Notes under the pieces: model-generated
Seen by the model: only the letters and a program-made list of their open reading frames with translations
Told to the model about the DNA's origin: nothing
The model's database searches: none
Virus record (IMG/VR): IMGVR_UViG_3300037833_000032
Coordinates: 1-59,671 of that record
DNA from: a virus
Taxonomy: Duplodnaviria; Caudoviricetes
Length of the DNA stretch: 59,671 nucleotides
Strand: one strand, 5' to 3'
Part shown: piece after piece, positions 10,213 through 19,195 of the stretch
How the letters are laid out: every line of letters begins with the position of its first letter
Position numbering within the stretch: the stretch's first letter is position 1
Translations under genes and position numbers: made by a program

Positions 10213-10807
10213 ATAAAATTGCTTTGCGATACATTGCAATTAGCTTGTCACCTTTTATCGGAGATAATCTCGAAGGCGAAGAAACTATTTCAATTTTTAT
10301 ATTGCGATTTTTGAATGTCAATATTGTTTGTGTAGGTAGCTTTTCTTTTGGAATTTTGAATGTATAATTGTTCAATTCACAATAATGATGGAACCAAAAT
10401 AAAACGCCGCTACTCGTGATAATTATTTTTTCTATTTTAAGATTGTCGTCTAATATTTTGAAAATATCAGTGTATTCAATAGGAAATAGATTTTGGTCTT
10501 TTGAACTTCCTCTTTGCCGCAAAATTCTATATCCAATATCAGCTATACCTAAATTTAAATTAGATAAAACTTCTTTTCTTATTTTTATAGGGTCTTCGCT
10601 TTTGTAATCGTCTAAGTTTTTATCATTCACTTTAAAAATTAACTTCCAAAATTCATTGTTTGGATTTGGGTAGAAAAAATCATAAGCCTTTCGATTATTT
10701 TTTGCAGTTGGAAAAGTTCCTAAAATAAGTTTATTAGCATTTACTGGAATGAATGGTTCCCACAGATGACATTCTTCTTTATATTCATTTAGAGTTTTGT
10801 AGGCCAT
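10190..10807 (-). CDS. Uracil-DNA glycosylase superfamily protein (family 6/MUG-like)
   Basis: HLWEPF..KLILGTFP..FFYPNPNNEFW and SSPS motifs. Confidence 0.8.
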   Translation of the reverse strand: MAYKTLNEYKEECHLWEPFIPVNANKLILGTFPTAKNNRKAYDFFYPNPNNEFWKLIFKVNDKNLDDYKSEDPIKIRKEVLSNLNLGIADIGYRILRQRGSSKDQNLFPIEYTDIFKILDDNLKIEKIIITSSGVLFWFHHYCELNNYTFKIPKEKLPTQTILTFKNRNIKIEIVSSPSRLSPIKGDKLIAMYRKAILFKDLVQT

Positions 10808-10871
10808 TTCTATTAGTTAGTATGTAAGTGAGAAATATGAACTGCTATAAAGCGGCTGCATCAAACATTTT

Positions 10872-10992
10872 GGCGCTTAGTTCAATAGCGGACTTAAATA
10901 CATAAAACTGTCAACCTGCATAAATGTCCAATAGTAGCACTGCACTTGACTTAACCTTGTCACCCGCTATTGAACCAAGCGCCTGTTAGCGG
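10872..10992 (-). repeat. attC-like hairpin
   Basis: 20-bp arms GGCGCTTAGTTCAATAGCGG (10872-10891) / CCGCTATTGAACCAAGCGCC (10964-10983), one mismatch, flanked by GTTAGCGG. Confidence 0.65.
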
Positions 10993-11064
10993 TTCGTCCT
11001 ACTTTTCTGCTGTATAATTGTCTATCCATTTTCGATGTCCTTGTGTGTTGGCTTAGTGGCATTT

Positions 11065-13428
11065 TTATTTCGTTTGTTTCAAAAAATCTCTCAGGGTTAT
11101 TGTTGTTATGTTCAATCCTTTGGCTTTTATCTGTAAGCCATTGTCAGACGTTAGCATAATAGGATTTTCGGTTGTGAATTTTAATGCAACTGATAGTATA
11201 AAGTTGTCAGGCGATTTTTTATTGAAATCATTTGGCAACAATGACAAGTCGGCTGTTTCCATTTTTATATCTCGCTTTCCCAAATTTTCATTGATATGTT
11301 TCAATGCTTTTTGAACATTTTTCTTTTGTTCATCTGTCAATGAAATTTTCAAGTAGTCCAATTCGTCAATAACTTTTGCAGATAGAATTATTTGATACTT
11401 CTTGTCAACTTTTGAAATTATTTCGGGATAATCAACAAAGACGTTTGTGTCAATAATGTAGAAGTTCTGCTTATCCTTTTTTATTTCTTTTTTAGGTTTT
11501 TCAAACTTTGAAAGGTCTATTTTGCCAAGTACTTTTAAGCCACCTTTATTGGGTGATGTTACTGCATTGTGGCTGTCGTTTGTTTCTGTTTCAATTTCTT
11601 CTTTCAGAATTACAGTAGATGTGCTTTTACTTTTAAGTTCAACATTTTTACTTTCTATAAATTTATATTCTGATGAATAATAAAACGAAAATTCTTCATT
11701 CAGTTTTTGTAGATAGCTTTTAACTTCACTATTTAATTGCGGATATGAAGTAATAATGTTTTTATCCGAGATAATAATCGTATGTCTTTTTGAACGACTT
11801 GTAGCAACATTAAATAACCGTTTTTCTAAAGAGTAATTATATCCCGAATTTGGTATTACAAAAATGGTTATATCTGTTGTAAGCCCTTGAATTCTTGCAA
11901 CTGTTTCAATGAGCAGATTTTTATGATTACCAACAGTTTGGTAAATACTTTTTTGCAATGCCTTTACTGTTTCAACGTAGTTGCTTAAAACAGATATGTG
12001 TAAGGTTTCATTGATATTAAACAAATGAGCAACTAATAATTTGGCAATTTCTAACGCATTTCCAGGTTTTTTATTGCCAACTTCCAAATCAGTTTTTATG
12101 AGAGTTGAACCGCCTTGTGGGTTAAAATATTTACTTACTTCATGAGGCAATTCAGAAAATGTTAATCGAATATCTTTTTTTGCCTTTGATTTTAAACTGC
12201 TGTTATAAAATAAACCAGTATAGTCAGCTCCTCTGTTTGGTAGTCGGTAAGTTTCTGTTAATTGATAAATAGGTATTGAAGCTGTATCTGAAAGTGCTTT
12301 CAACCCATCTACTAAAAAATCATAGATTTTTTTGCTTACCTTATCCACGTTAATTGAAACAACTGGCGGTAGCTGTTTGGTATCGCCAATCCAAATATTT
12401 TTCTTGCCTAAAAGTTTAGCCACCCCAAACATTGCAAGCAATGCCTGACTTGCTTCATCTACTATTACATAATCAAAAGGGGGATTATCTTTAATATTAG
12501 TTGCTTCGCTGCTTGCTATGAAAAACGTTGATAGTACCAAATTTCCAGGAAATGGACTAATTTCTTTTGTTTGTTGTAAATTGGGTATTTCTTTGGCTTC
12601 GTCTGTAGAGAGTTTCGTTTTGAAAACACGATTATCTTTAAGCAAATTGATTAATGCTGATTTCTCTACGACTTCAATTAATGCTCTGTTTGTTAATGCT
12701 GTTACCAAAACAGATTTTCCCTGCTCGCATAATTTTTTACAAATTTCAGCTATTTGATAAGTCTTTCCCGTTCCTGGTGGACCAATAAGAATTAACTGGT
12801 CGCTTAGCTCCAATTGGTTCAGTATAAAATTGGGAATATCACTTTTGCCATCAAGTAATGCTGGTTGCCAATATGAGTTTTGAAAATTTTGGTCTAAAAT
12901 TAGATTTACGTTTTCAGAAAAGTTGTTCTTAACTATTTTTTGAAGATTAGCAATATATTCGTAAGGTGGTTTGTTTGGACCCAAAAGCAAAATAATTTTT
13001 TCAGCTATAGATATATTTACTGAAAAATCTAAATCAACACCACGAAAACCTGCTAAACAATAATCCTTCTCAATATTACCGTCCTTGTCTTTTGAGGGTC
13101 CTTGCCATACACAAACAGTTTCAGTAAAATTTGACTTTTCTTTTACCAAATCTCCGTAAGTCTTATTTCCCCAATTTCGGTAATCTCTTAACTCTTTTGG
13201 AACTGTGAAACAATATAAATATTCTCTTTTTCGTGGTAAACCTCGTTTAGTAGAAAATTTCAATATCATTTCTCCATCTTGAAACTTTAAGAATTGTGCA
13301 ACGAAAAGTTCTTCTCTTTCTTGTAGCAAAAAAGTAGCTGAAGTATTTAATTTTTGATTAAATGATTTTGTTTGTGCTTGAAGCTCTTCTTCAAGAAAAT
13401 TGCTATGTTCTTCCCGTGTGTATCTCAT
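11065..13428 (-). CDS. SF1 (UPF1/DNA2-like) helicase fused to C-terminal PIN nuclease
   Basis: GPPGTGKT, IVDEASQA, IGDTKQLPP, QG, FNVATSRSK; PIN motifs IIDTNVFV..VIDELD..PDNFIL..LTSDNGL. Confidence 0.88.
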   Translation of the reverse strand: MRYTREEHSNFLEEELQAQTKSFNQKLNTSATFLLQEREELFVAQFLKFQDGEMILKFSTKRGLPRKREYLYCFTVPKELRDYRNWGNKTYGDLVKEKSNFTETVCVWQGPSKDKDGNIEKDYCLAGFRGVDLDFSVNISIAEKIILLLGPNKPPYEYIANLQKIVKNNFSENVNLILDQNFQNSYWQPALLDGKSDIPNFILNQLELSDQLILIGPPGTGKTYQIAEICKKLCEQGKSVLVTALTNRALIEVVEKSALINLLKDNRVFKTKLSTDEAKEIPNLQQTKEISPFPGNLVLSTFFIASSEATNIKDNPPFDYVIVDEASQALLAMFGVAKLLGKKNIWIGDTKQLPPVVSINVDKVSKKIYDFLVDGLKALSDTASIPIYQLTETYRLPNRGADYTGLFYNSSLKSKAKKDIRLTFSELPHEVSKYFNPQGGSTLIKTDLEVGNKKPGNALEIAKLLVAHLFNINETLHISVLSNYVETVKALQKSIYQTVGNHKNLLIETVARIQGLTTDITIFVIPNSGYNYSLEKRLFNVATSRSKRHTIIISDKNIITSYPQLNSEVKSYLQKLNEEFSFYYSSEYKFIESKNVELKSKSTSTVILKEEIETETNDSHNAVTSPNKGGLKVLGKIDLSKFEKPKKEIKKDKQNFYIIDTNVFVDYPEIISKVDKKYQIILSAKVIDELDYLKISLTDEQKKNVQKALKHINENLGKRDIKMETADLSLLPNDFNKKSPDNFILSVALKFTTENPIMLTSDNGLQIKAKGLNITTITLRDFLKQTK

Positions 13429-13430
13429 TT

Positions 13431-16400
13431 TTATAATAAATCTTCATCATCACTGCTTAAATCTTCTTCAGTTTTTCTCTCATCAAAACGGTAATCATTT
13501 AAATCATTAGCTACGCTATAATCGCTTGGTTTTACACTGTTGAAATTAAAATGAACATTACCAAAATAGTGTAGTAATTCAGCAAATTTTTCCAATCTAT
13601 CTTCTTTGTCAAGGTTTTCAGTACTAAAACTGATAGTAAGTTTATCTTGCTTTCTTAGTAAGTCATAGAGCTTTAAGCAACCTAATTTTCTGTTACCAAA
13701 ATGCACCCAAAACATTGAATTAGGTTTCATTAGTTGCAACCATTCATTTGCTCCGATTTTGAACGGTTCATCTTTATATTTATAACTTTTTACAACAAGC
13801 GGATATTCCACACCCTCCTTTATTACTCCATTAATAGTTGAATATTCTTCTATTCCTCTTGTGAATTCAAACCCTTCTTCTTCTAACTTTTCTTTGACAA
13901 TTTCCTTTGCTTCTCTATTAGCTTCTTTTTGGTCGTTTTTAGAAATGTCAGAACTAAATTCTGCACCTATAGTTGCAGAATTCTTTTTTTTCAATTGTTC
14001 TTCAAGGCTGATGATACGATTTTCAAGTTCAGTATTTCGCTCTTGTAATGACTGAATTATATTATTGTCAAGTTGATAAAGTTTGATTAACTCGTCTGCA
14101 TTGATGAACTTTGCTAATTGATTGCGAATGTCGTGCAATACGCTTTGGCAAAAATAGATAAAGCCTTCTCTTTCAATACTTGTGCCTTCTTCAAATGTGT
14201 CAATTTTATTTTCAAGGAACATGACTTTGTAGGGCAGTTTTTCACCCTTGTATAATGCAACCTTATACTTTAGATTAGTTTTCCATTGTTTATACGCACT
14301 ATCTTCCCACTCAACGCTGTTATTTTTTAAGATTACAATGTCTAAGGTCGAGGTCGTTTGTACTTTATTCAAACCCAAAATACTCGTTTTCCACTGATTA
14401 GGGAGAAAATCCAATGCAATAAGTTTAAAACCCTTGCTTTGCAATACCGAAAATATTTTTTGCGAATACTCTTTTTGTGGTACATCAATGTAATACTTGG
14501 TTGCGTTGCTTACTTCCAAACTATAAAACGTTTCGCTTTCCGAAATTTGCGAAATATAAAGTAAAGGAATTTCCTGCGTGTAGTTAATTCGGGTGTAGAT
14601 TTGCTTTAAGGCATCAAGTTTTGCATTATCAGAAGCCTTAAAAGTGCTATTTTGCAACCACTTTAAAGTATAGACAAGTAAGATTGAATTTTGCGGTATT
14701 GCAAATACTTTTCCTTGAAAATCTATAATCTGCCCTGTTTGGAAAATTTTACGAATAGCACAAATATTGCTATTTTCCGTATATACACCCAAAGCACTAA
14801 GAAAATTTAACTTTTCTTGCTTTTCAGAACTTTCAAGCCAAGCCAAAACCCAAGTAGGTAGTTGCTCATTTTTTAAGGCAAGCTCAGAAGGATAAATTTT
14901 GTCTTGCAAACCTACATTAACATAAGTTGCGAGGTCAGTGAATTTTTGCTTGTAGGCAAATTGTAGTATATCATTACTTGATAATGCCGAAAGGGATTGA
15001 CTTGTAAAATAGTTTTTTCCTACTTGTCTTGAGTGATAAAGCAAGAATGCAAATTGTTCAATATTTTGCAATGTTGGAAACTTCGTTAGTAACTCCGCAT
15101 ATATCTCATCTTTCCTTTTGTTTCTTATGGAGAAAACTTTTTCGGATAACTCACTTTTTGCAAAATCTGTAAATTGATTAATTATTTTGGTAATTATATC
15201 ACTAACTCCCTTATAATCAGTCAATACAGAAGATAAAGAAAGCGTAATACTTTCAAAATCTATATCATCTTTTACGGCTATGTCCTTAATCCTAAGTTTT
15301 CCGTTTATCAGAATTTTAGGAGCAAACAGTGTTTGGAAGTTACTTTCGTAACAGTCAATAGCTAGTTTTAGGCAACGATGCTCAAATGAATTTCTGTCAT
15401 AAGTCTTGCCTTCCTGTAATGAGAAATTTTTAAGTTTTTCTAAATAAGCAAGTTGAACTTCTTTGTCACTTTCACGCACTATTGGCAATAAGTTTTCAGA
15501 AAAATCTAAGATTTGCAGAACTTTTAAATACAAACCTTTGTCCTGCAAAATTTCTAAATCTCTAAAGTCATTTGCCTTAAACTCTCTTGGCAAAAATTTA
15601 AAATTTGGGTGATTTGATAAAAGTTCGTTTATCTCTTGATGGTTTGAATAGTATTGGAAAACACTGTGAGAGTGCTTAACCAACAGGAAATTATCATTTT
15701 GCTTTTGAATGTAGGCAACAGAAAATAGTTTTTCATTGTTTTGTTTGGCAAATTCTAAAATAGCCAATGTTTCACCATAAGAAAGGGTATGATTAGCACT
15801 TATAAAACTGCTAATTCCCTCATTTCTGCTTATTTTAAATGGTGAATTGTCATCAGTTAGAAAGCTGAAAATTTGTTTGTTGGGTGTTGGCTTACCCGTA
15901 ATTTTAAAAACAGCATTATGTAAATCTTCAAGATTACGACTGTTTAGATTTGTATTAAAAAATACTTGTTCGGGTTTCTTAAAACCTTCATTTGTGTAAA
16001 TACAAGCCAATCTTTCTAACTTTGGATTTTCAGTGTTTTGCTTGTAATAGTCTGTCACTTGGGTGTAAAATTCTTTTATATTGATGTTTAACCCTATTAG
16101 GAAATCCCAATTTTTGTAGATAATAGAGTGATAGATTTCATTTTCTTTTATAAGATATTTGTCTAATTCAGGCACATATTCTGTTTTGTGAATTTTATAT
16201 GATGACAACCAATTTGGCACTTGTAAATCACCTTTTAACAGAGTTCGCAAAGGGCGTATGTTTCCTTGCATGTCTTTAAAAAGTTCTAAGTCTTTTAATT
16301 TTTCAGGACCAACTCTATCAAAGTCGGCAATAGTAAAAAACAGATTATGTTTTTGCGATGCATTTAGGTTGTTTTGCTTGCACTTTTCTGCTATTGCCTT

Positions 16401-18422
16401 AAAAAGATTTTCTTCACTGATTTTTGGAAGTATAAGTTTTACTAAATTTGGATATTGGAAAATTTCTGTGTTTTTCTTTTTATAAGAAATATTCAAATCG
16501 GAAACAATAAGCCCAAGATAACGAAGTTCACGTTTAACTACTGCTGTTTTGTCATAAATCAAAACAACGTTAGTATTGGCAAAAATTTCATTCAAAGAAT
16601 AGTAATTACCATCTGAAAACTTAAATAATTTGATTTGAGAAATAGTGTTAAAACCCGATGCACTGACTTTGTCTATCTCTGATAATAAGGTTAAATATGG
16701 TCTTGGTTTCCATTCTATTTCTTGTGAATGATTATTATTCTTTAATTTATATTCTTCTGAAAGAATTTGGGCTGTTTCAAATTCTATTTTTTGCACCCAA
16801 GCATTTATTTTGTCAATCTGCTCTCTCTTTATAGCATATTGAAACAAATCAATAATGTCCCATTTGTCAAGATATAGTTTTTCTGAATCGCGTGCTTCAT
16901 CTATTAGGGTTTTATCAAATTTTTCGTTTTGCCAAGCAAACCACTCAATTTCAGGGCAACCAAAATCGGATGGCTGTATGGGTAATAAAGTAGACTTGAT
17001 TTTTACATTGGCGGGGTTATCGGAATATCCCTTTTGGGTTGGGATATTTTGATGCAAATACTCATTAAGGTACTTAAAAAAGTATTTGCTTATATGCGGC
17101 TTGCTTTTAGGTTCATTGGAGAGCAATAAATTTGCATATAAAGACAAGAACAGTCCCCTGTTTTCTTCTTTTTGTTTGTCAATATACTGGGTGATTTCGT
17201 GGGCAATTATCGGCAAAAGATTTTCGTTGATTTGGGAATTTGCTTGAAGTTTACGCCTATCGTTGTTCATATCAAAGGCGTTACAGTGAAGCAAAAAGTT
17301 TAAGCCATTCTTTTCTTCGTCCATTGAAAAGAATGTGTATAGATTCGGAACTAATCCACCCCTTAAATTTTCTGCTTTTTGGTAATTTTTATAAAAAGCA
17401 AAAGTGAATTTTATACTGCGTTTTTTGTTTTTAGGATTTACTTTTTCAAACTCTAAGCTGTTTATTTTATATTCTTCTGAAAAACAATCAACCTTTTGCT
17501 CCTGTATTTCTTCTCCGTTTATATAAATTTTTTTCAGCCTATTTAAAAACTTAAAAGAGTAAGAAAGCCCACTCTTGATTTTTTCAATACCATCATCAAG
17601 AAATTTACTTTTCCCTTCACCTAATTTTAGAAAGAAAATTGACCCGTTTTGAAGTTGTCGTCTTCCTTCACCTTCTATATTAGTATCTTCAAGAACTTTC
17701 TCTAAAAAAGCTCTCATTTCCAAAAGTTCATTTTCGTCAAACTTTGTTTCCCTAGTTTCATAATCACCTAATCTAATAGGTTCTTTATAGTTTGACGGAA
17801 AACAGGTATATAGTATTTTTACAAGCCAAGGATTTTCTTTATCTCTTTCATAATCATAATTTTCTTTACCTTTCCCTAATCCAGAAATGCCAATTGGCTC
17901 ACCATTTATGAACCTCTCAAATTGGGAAGGTTTATTCCAACTGAAAACAATCGGCCCCGCATAATTATTTATAATTGCATCACGCCCATCATCTATGCCG
18001 ACTAATCTATGTAAAATTTTAAAACCTATACCAAAAGTACCTATGTCTTCACCTTCTTTAAAATTACCTGCTACATTGATGATTGCAGACATATCATTGT
18101 CGGAAAAATAGTTACCGTTATTTATACAGAGTAAATATTTTTCGTTGTAACTCACACTAAAAAAAGTGGATTTGCAGTCGTCTGCATTTTGTATTAGTTC
18201 GTATATGGCTTGGTCGTCTGCGGCTACATTTAATGCAATAGTCCCTAAAAGTTTGCCCAAATCTTCTCTATTCCCGTAGATAAGTTTTGCAAATCCTGTT
18301 TCTGTCCTTTTTTTATCGGGGTGCAAAGAGCCAATAAAATTTAAGTCAAGCCTATTTGTCTCTCTCGCTATTTCTTCTTTAAAGAATTTACGAAACATAA
18401 ATGCGTTTCTAGTATATAGCAT
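13431..18422 (-). CDS. Sacsin-like GHKL ATPase with putative C-terminal nuclease-like (DUF3883/NOV-like) domain
   Basis: IYELIQNADD, INNGNYFS, IGTFGIGFK; C-terminal EAKEIVKEKLEEEGF..YPLVVKS..EW. Confidence 0.72.
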   Translation of the reverse strand: MLYTRNAFMFRKFFKEEIARETNRLDLNFIGSLHPDKKRTETGFAKLIYGNREDLGKLLGTIALNVAADDQAIYELIQNADDCKSTFFSVSYNEKYLLCINNGNYFSDNDMSAIINVAGNFKEGEDIGTFGIGFKILHRLVGIDDGRDAIINNYAGPIVFSWNKPSQFERFINGEPIGISGLGKGKENYDYERDKENPWLVKILYTCFPSNYKEPIRLGDYETRETKFDENELLEMRAFLEKVLEDTNIEGEGRRQLQNGSIFFLKLGEGKSKFLDDGIEKIKSGLSYSFKFLNRLKKIYINGEEIQEQKVDCFSEEYKINSLEFEKVNPKNKKRSIKFTFAFYKNYQKAENLRGGLVPNLYTFFSMDEEKNGLNFLLHCNAFDMNNDRRKLQANSQINENLLPIIAHEITQYIDKQKEENRGLFLSLYANLLLSNEPKSKPHISKYFFKYLNEYLHQNIPTQKGYSDNPANVKIKSTLLPIQPSDFGCPEIEWFAWQNEKFDKTLIDEARDSEKLYLDKWDIIDLFQYAIKREQIDKINAWVQKIEFETAQILSEEYKLKNNNHSQEIEWKPRPYLTLLSEIDKVSASGFNTISQIKLFKFSDGNYYSLNEIFANTNVVLIYDKTAVVKRELRYLGLIVSDLNISYKKKNTEIFQYPNLVKLILPKISEENLFKAIAEKCKQNNLNASQKHNLFFTIADFDRVGPEKLKDLELFKDMQGNIRPLRTLLKGDLQVPNWLSSYKIHKTEYVPELDKYLIKENEIYHSIIYKNWDFLIGLNINIKEFYTQVTDYYKQNTENPKLERLACIYTNEGFKKPEQVFFNTNLNSRNLEDLHNAVFKITGKPTPNKQIFSFLTDDNSPFKISRNEGISSFISANHTLSYGETLAILEFAKQNNEKLFSVAYIQKQNDNFLLVKHSHSVFQYYSNHQEINELLSNHPNFKFLPREFKANDFRDLEILQDKGLYLKVLQILDFSENLLPIVRESDKEVQLAYLEKLKNFSLQEGKTYDRNSFEHRCLKLAIDCYESNFQTLFAPKILINGKLRIKDIAVKDDIDFESITLSLSSVLTDYKGVSDIITKIINQFTDFAKSELSEKVFSIRNKRKDEIYAELLTKFPTLQNIEQFAFLLYHSRQVGKNYFTSQSLSALSSNDILQFAYKQKFTDLATYVNVGLQDKIYPSELALKNEQLPTWVLAWLESSEKQEKLNFLSALGVYTENSNICAIRKIFQTGQIIDFQGKVFAIPQNSILLVYTLKWLQNSTFKASDNAKLDALKQIYTRINYTQEIPLLYISQISESETFYSLEVSNATKYYIDVPQKEYSQKIFSVLQSKGFKLIALDFLPNQWKTSILGLNKVQTTSTLDIVILKNNSVEWEDSAYKQWKTNLKYKVALYKGEKLPYKVMFLENKIDTFEEGTSIEREGFIYFCQSVLHDIRNQLAKFINADELIKLYQLDNNIIQSLQERNTELENRIISLEEQLKKKNSATIGAEFSSDISKNDQKEANREAKEIVKEKLEEEGFEFTRGIEEYSTINGVIKEGVEYPLVVKSYKYKDEPFKIGANEWLQLMKPNSMFWVHFGNRKLGCLKLYDLLRKQDKLTISFSTENLDKEDRLEKFAELLHYFGNVHFNFNSVKPSDYSVANDLNDYRFDERKTEEDLSSDDEDLL

Positions 18423-18610
18423 TCTAATGGTTACTTTTTATAATAAAATGTGATAATGTTCAGGTGATTGTGCGTTTGAGGCAGAAGCAAATGTGGAGCA
18501 ACTGTGTGTTGGCTTGTCCGTTCATTTTTTTTCTAACTATTTATTGTTCGCACTATGGTTTTTAGGGTGATCGCTAACTCTTTAATATACACATGTTTTG
18601 TGCGTTTGAC

Positions 18611-18618
18611 CAAATATA
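18611..18618 (-). promoter_or_regulatory. Putative -7 promoter element for the sacsin/helicase cassette
   Basis: TATATTTG on the - strand about 35 bp upstream of the GTTAGCGA core-like site (18578-18571). Confidence 0.4.
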
Positions 18619-18649
18619 TAAATATTACTAACTCTGGCAAGGTAAGAAA

Positions 18650-19191
18650 CTCACCATGTGTGTACTCCTGGAGAACTTCAGAGGTGGCTTAGTTTTCTTA
18701 GAAGATGTAAATAAATACATATCCAACTTTGAGAGAGAAGAAATAAAAGGAGCTTTTAAGGCAATCCGGCACCAGAGCCAGGATATTATAATGCACATGC
18801 AATCCCTTTCACCGCTTCGTCCTATACATTTTGAAGCGGCAAGTGTAATCCGGATGCATTATGATGGATTTGATGTGGCAAAAATCAAAGACCAGCTTGA
18901 AAATAATTATGCTTTCCTGAAAATAACTCAATTGATTTGTGAAAGAGAGTATTTGAACAGTAATTCCAGGTTTTTTGTTATGTTCAACTAAAGAAGATGC
19001 ACATTAAAGGAATCTCAGCTAGCCAATTCAATAGAGCTTGTTTTCACTTCTTGACTTCGCATAGACAATAATTTAGTGACTTAGCTTCTACGATTGCTTA
19101 CCAGAATAGACGTAATGCACCTTATCGTCAGGGTAATGAATTAGCTATGCGTGAATGGGTAAATAGAAATTCTTACATGTTTGTTCCTTAA
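18650..19191 (+). pseudogene. 5'-truncated, frameshifted second copy of the packaging ATPase 3' half
   Basis: First 243 bp nearly identical to 9664-9906. The rest is a diverged homolog (..IKGISASQFNRACFHFLTSHRQ*..AMREWVNRNSYMF) with a 1-nt loss in the T-run near 18975 and an in-frame stop. Confidence 0.9.
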
Positions 19192-19195
19192 TAAT

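Noticed and set aside
18656-18991. 111-aa ORF as an independent functional gene
   Set aside because: It lacks Walker A and ends at a frameshift, so it is treated as part of the ATPase pseudogene.
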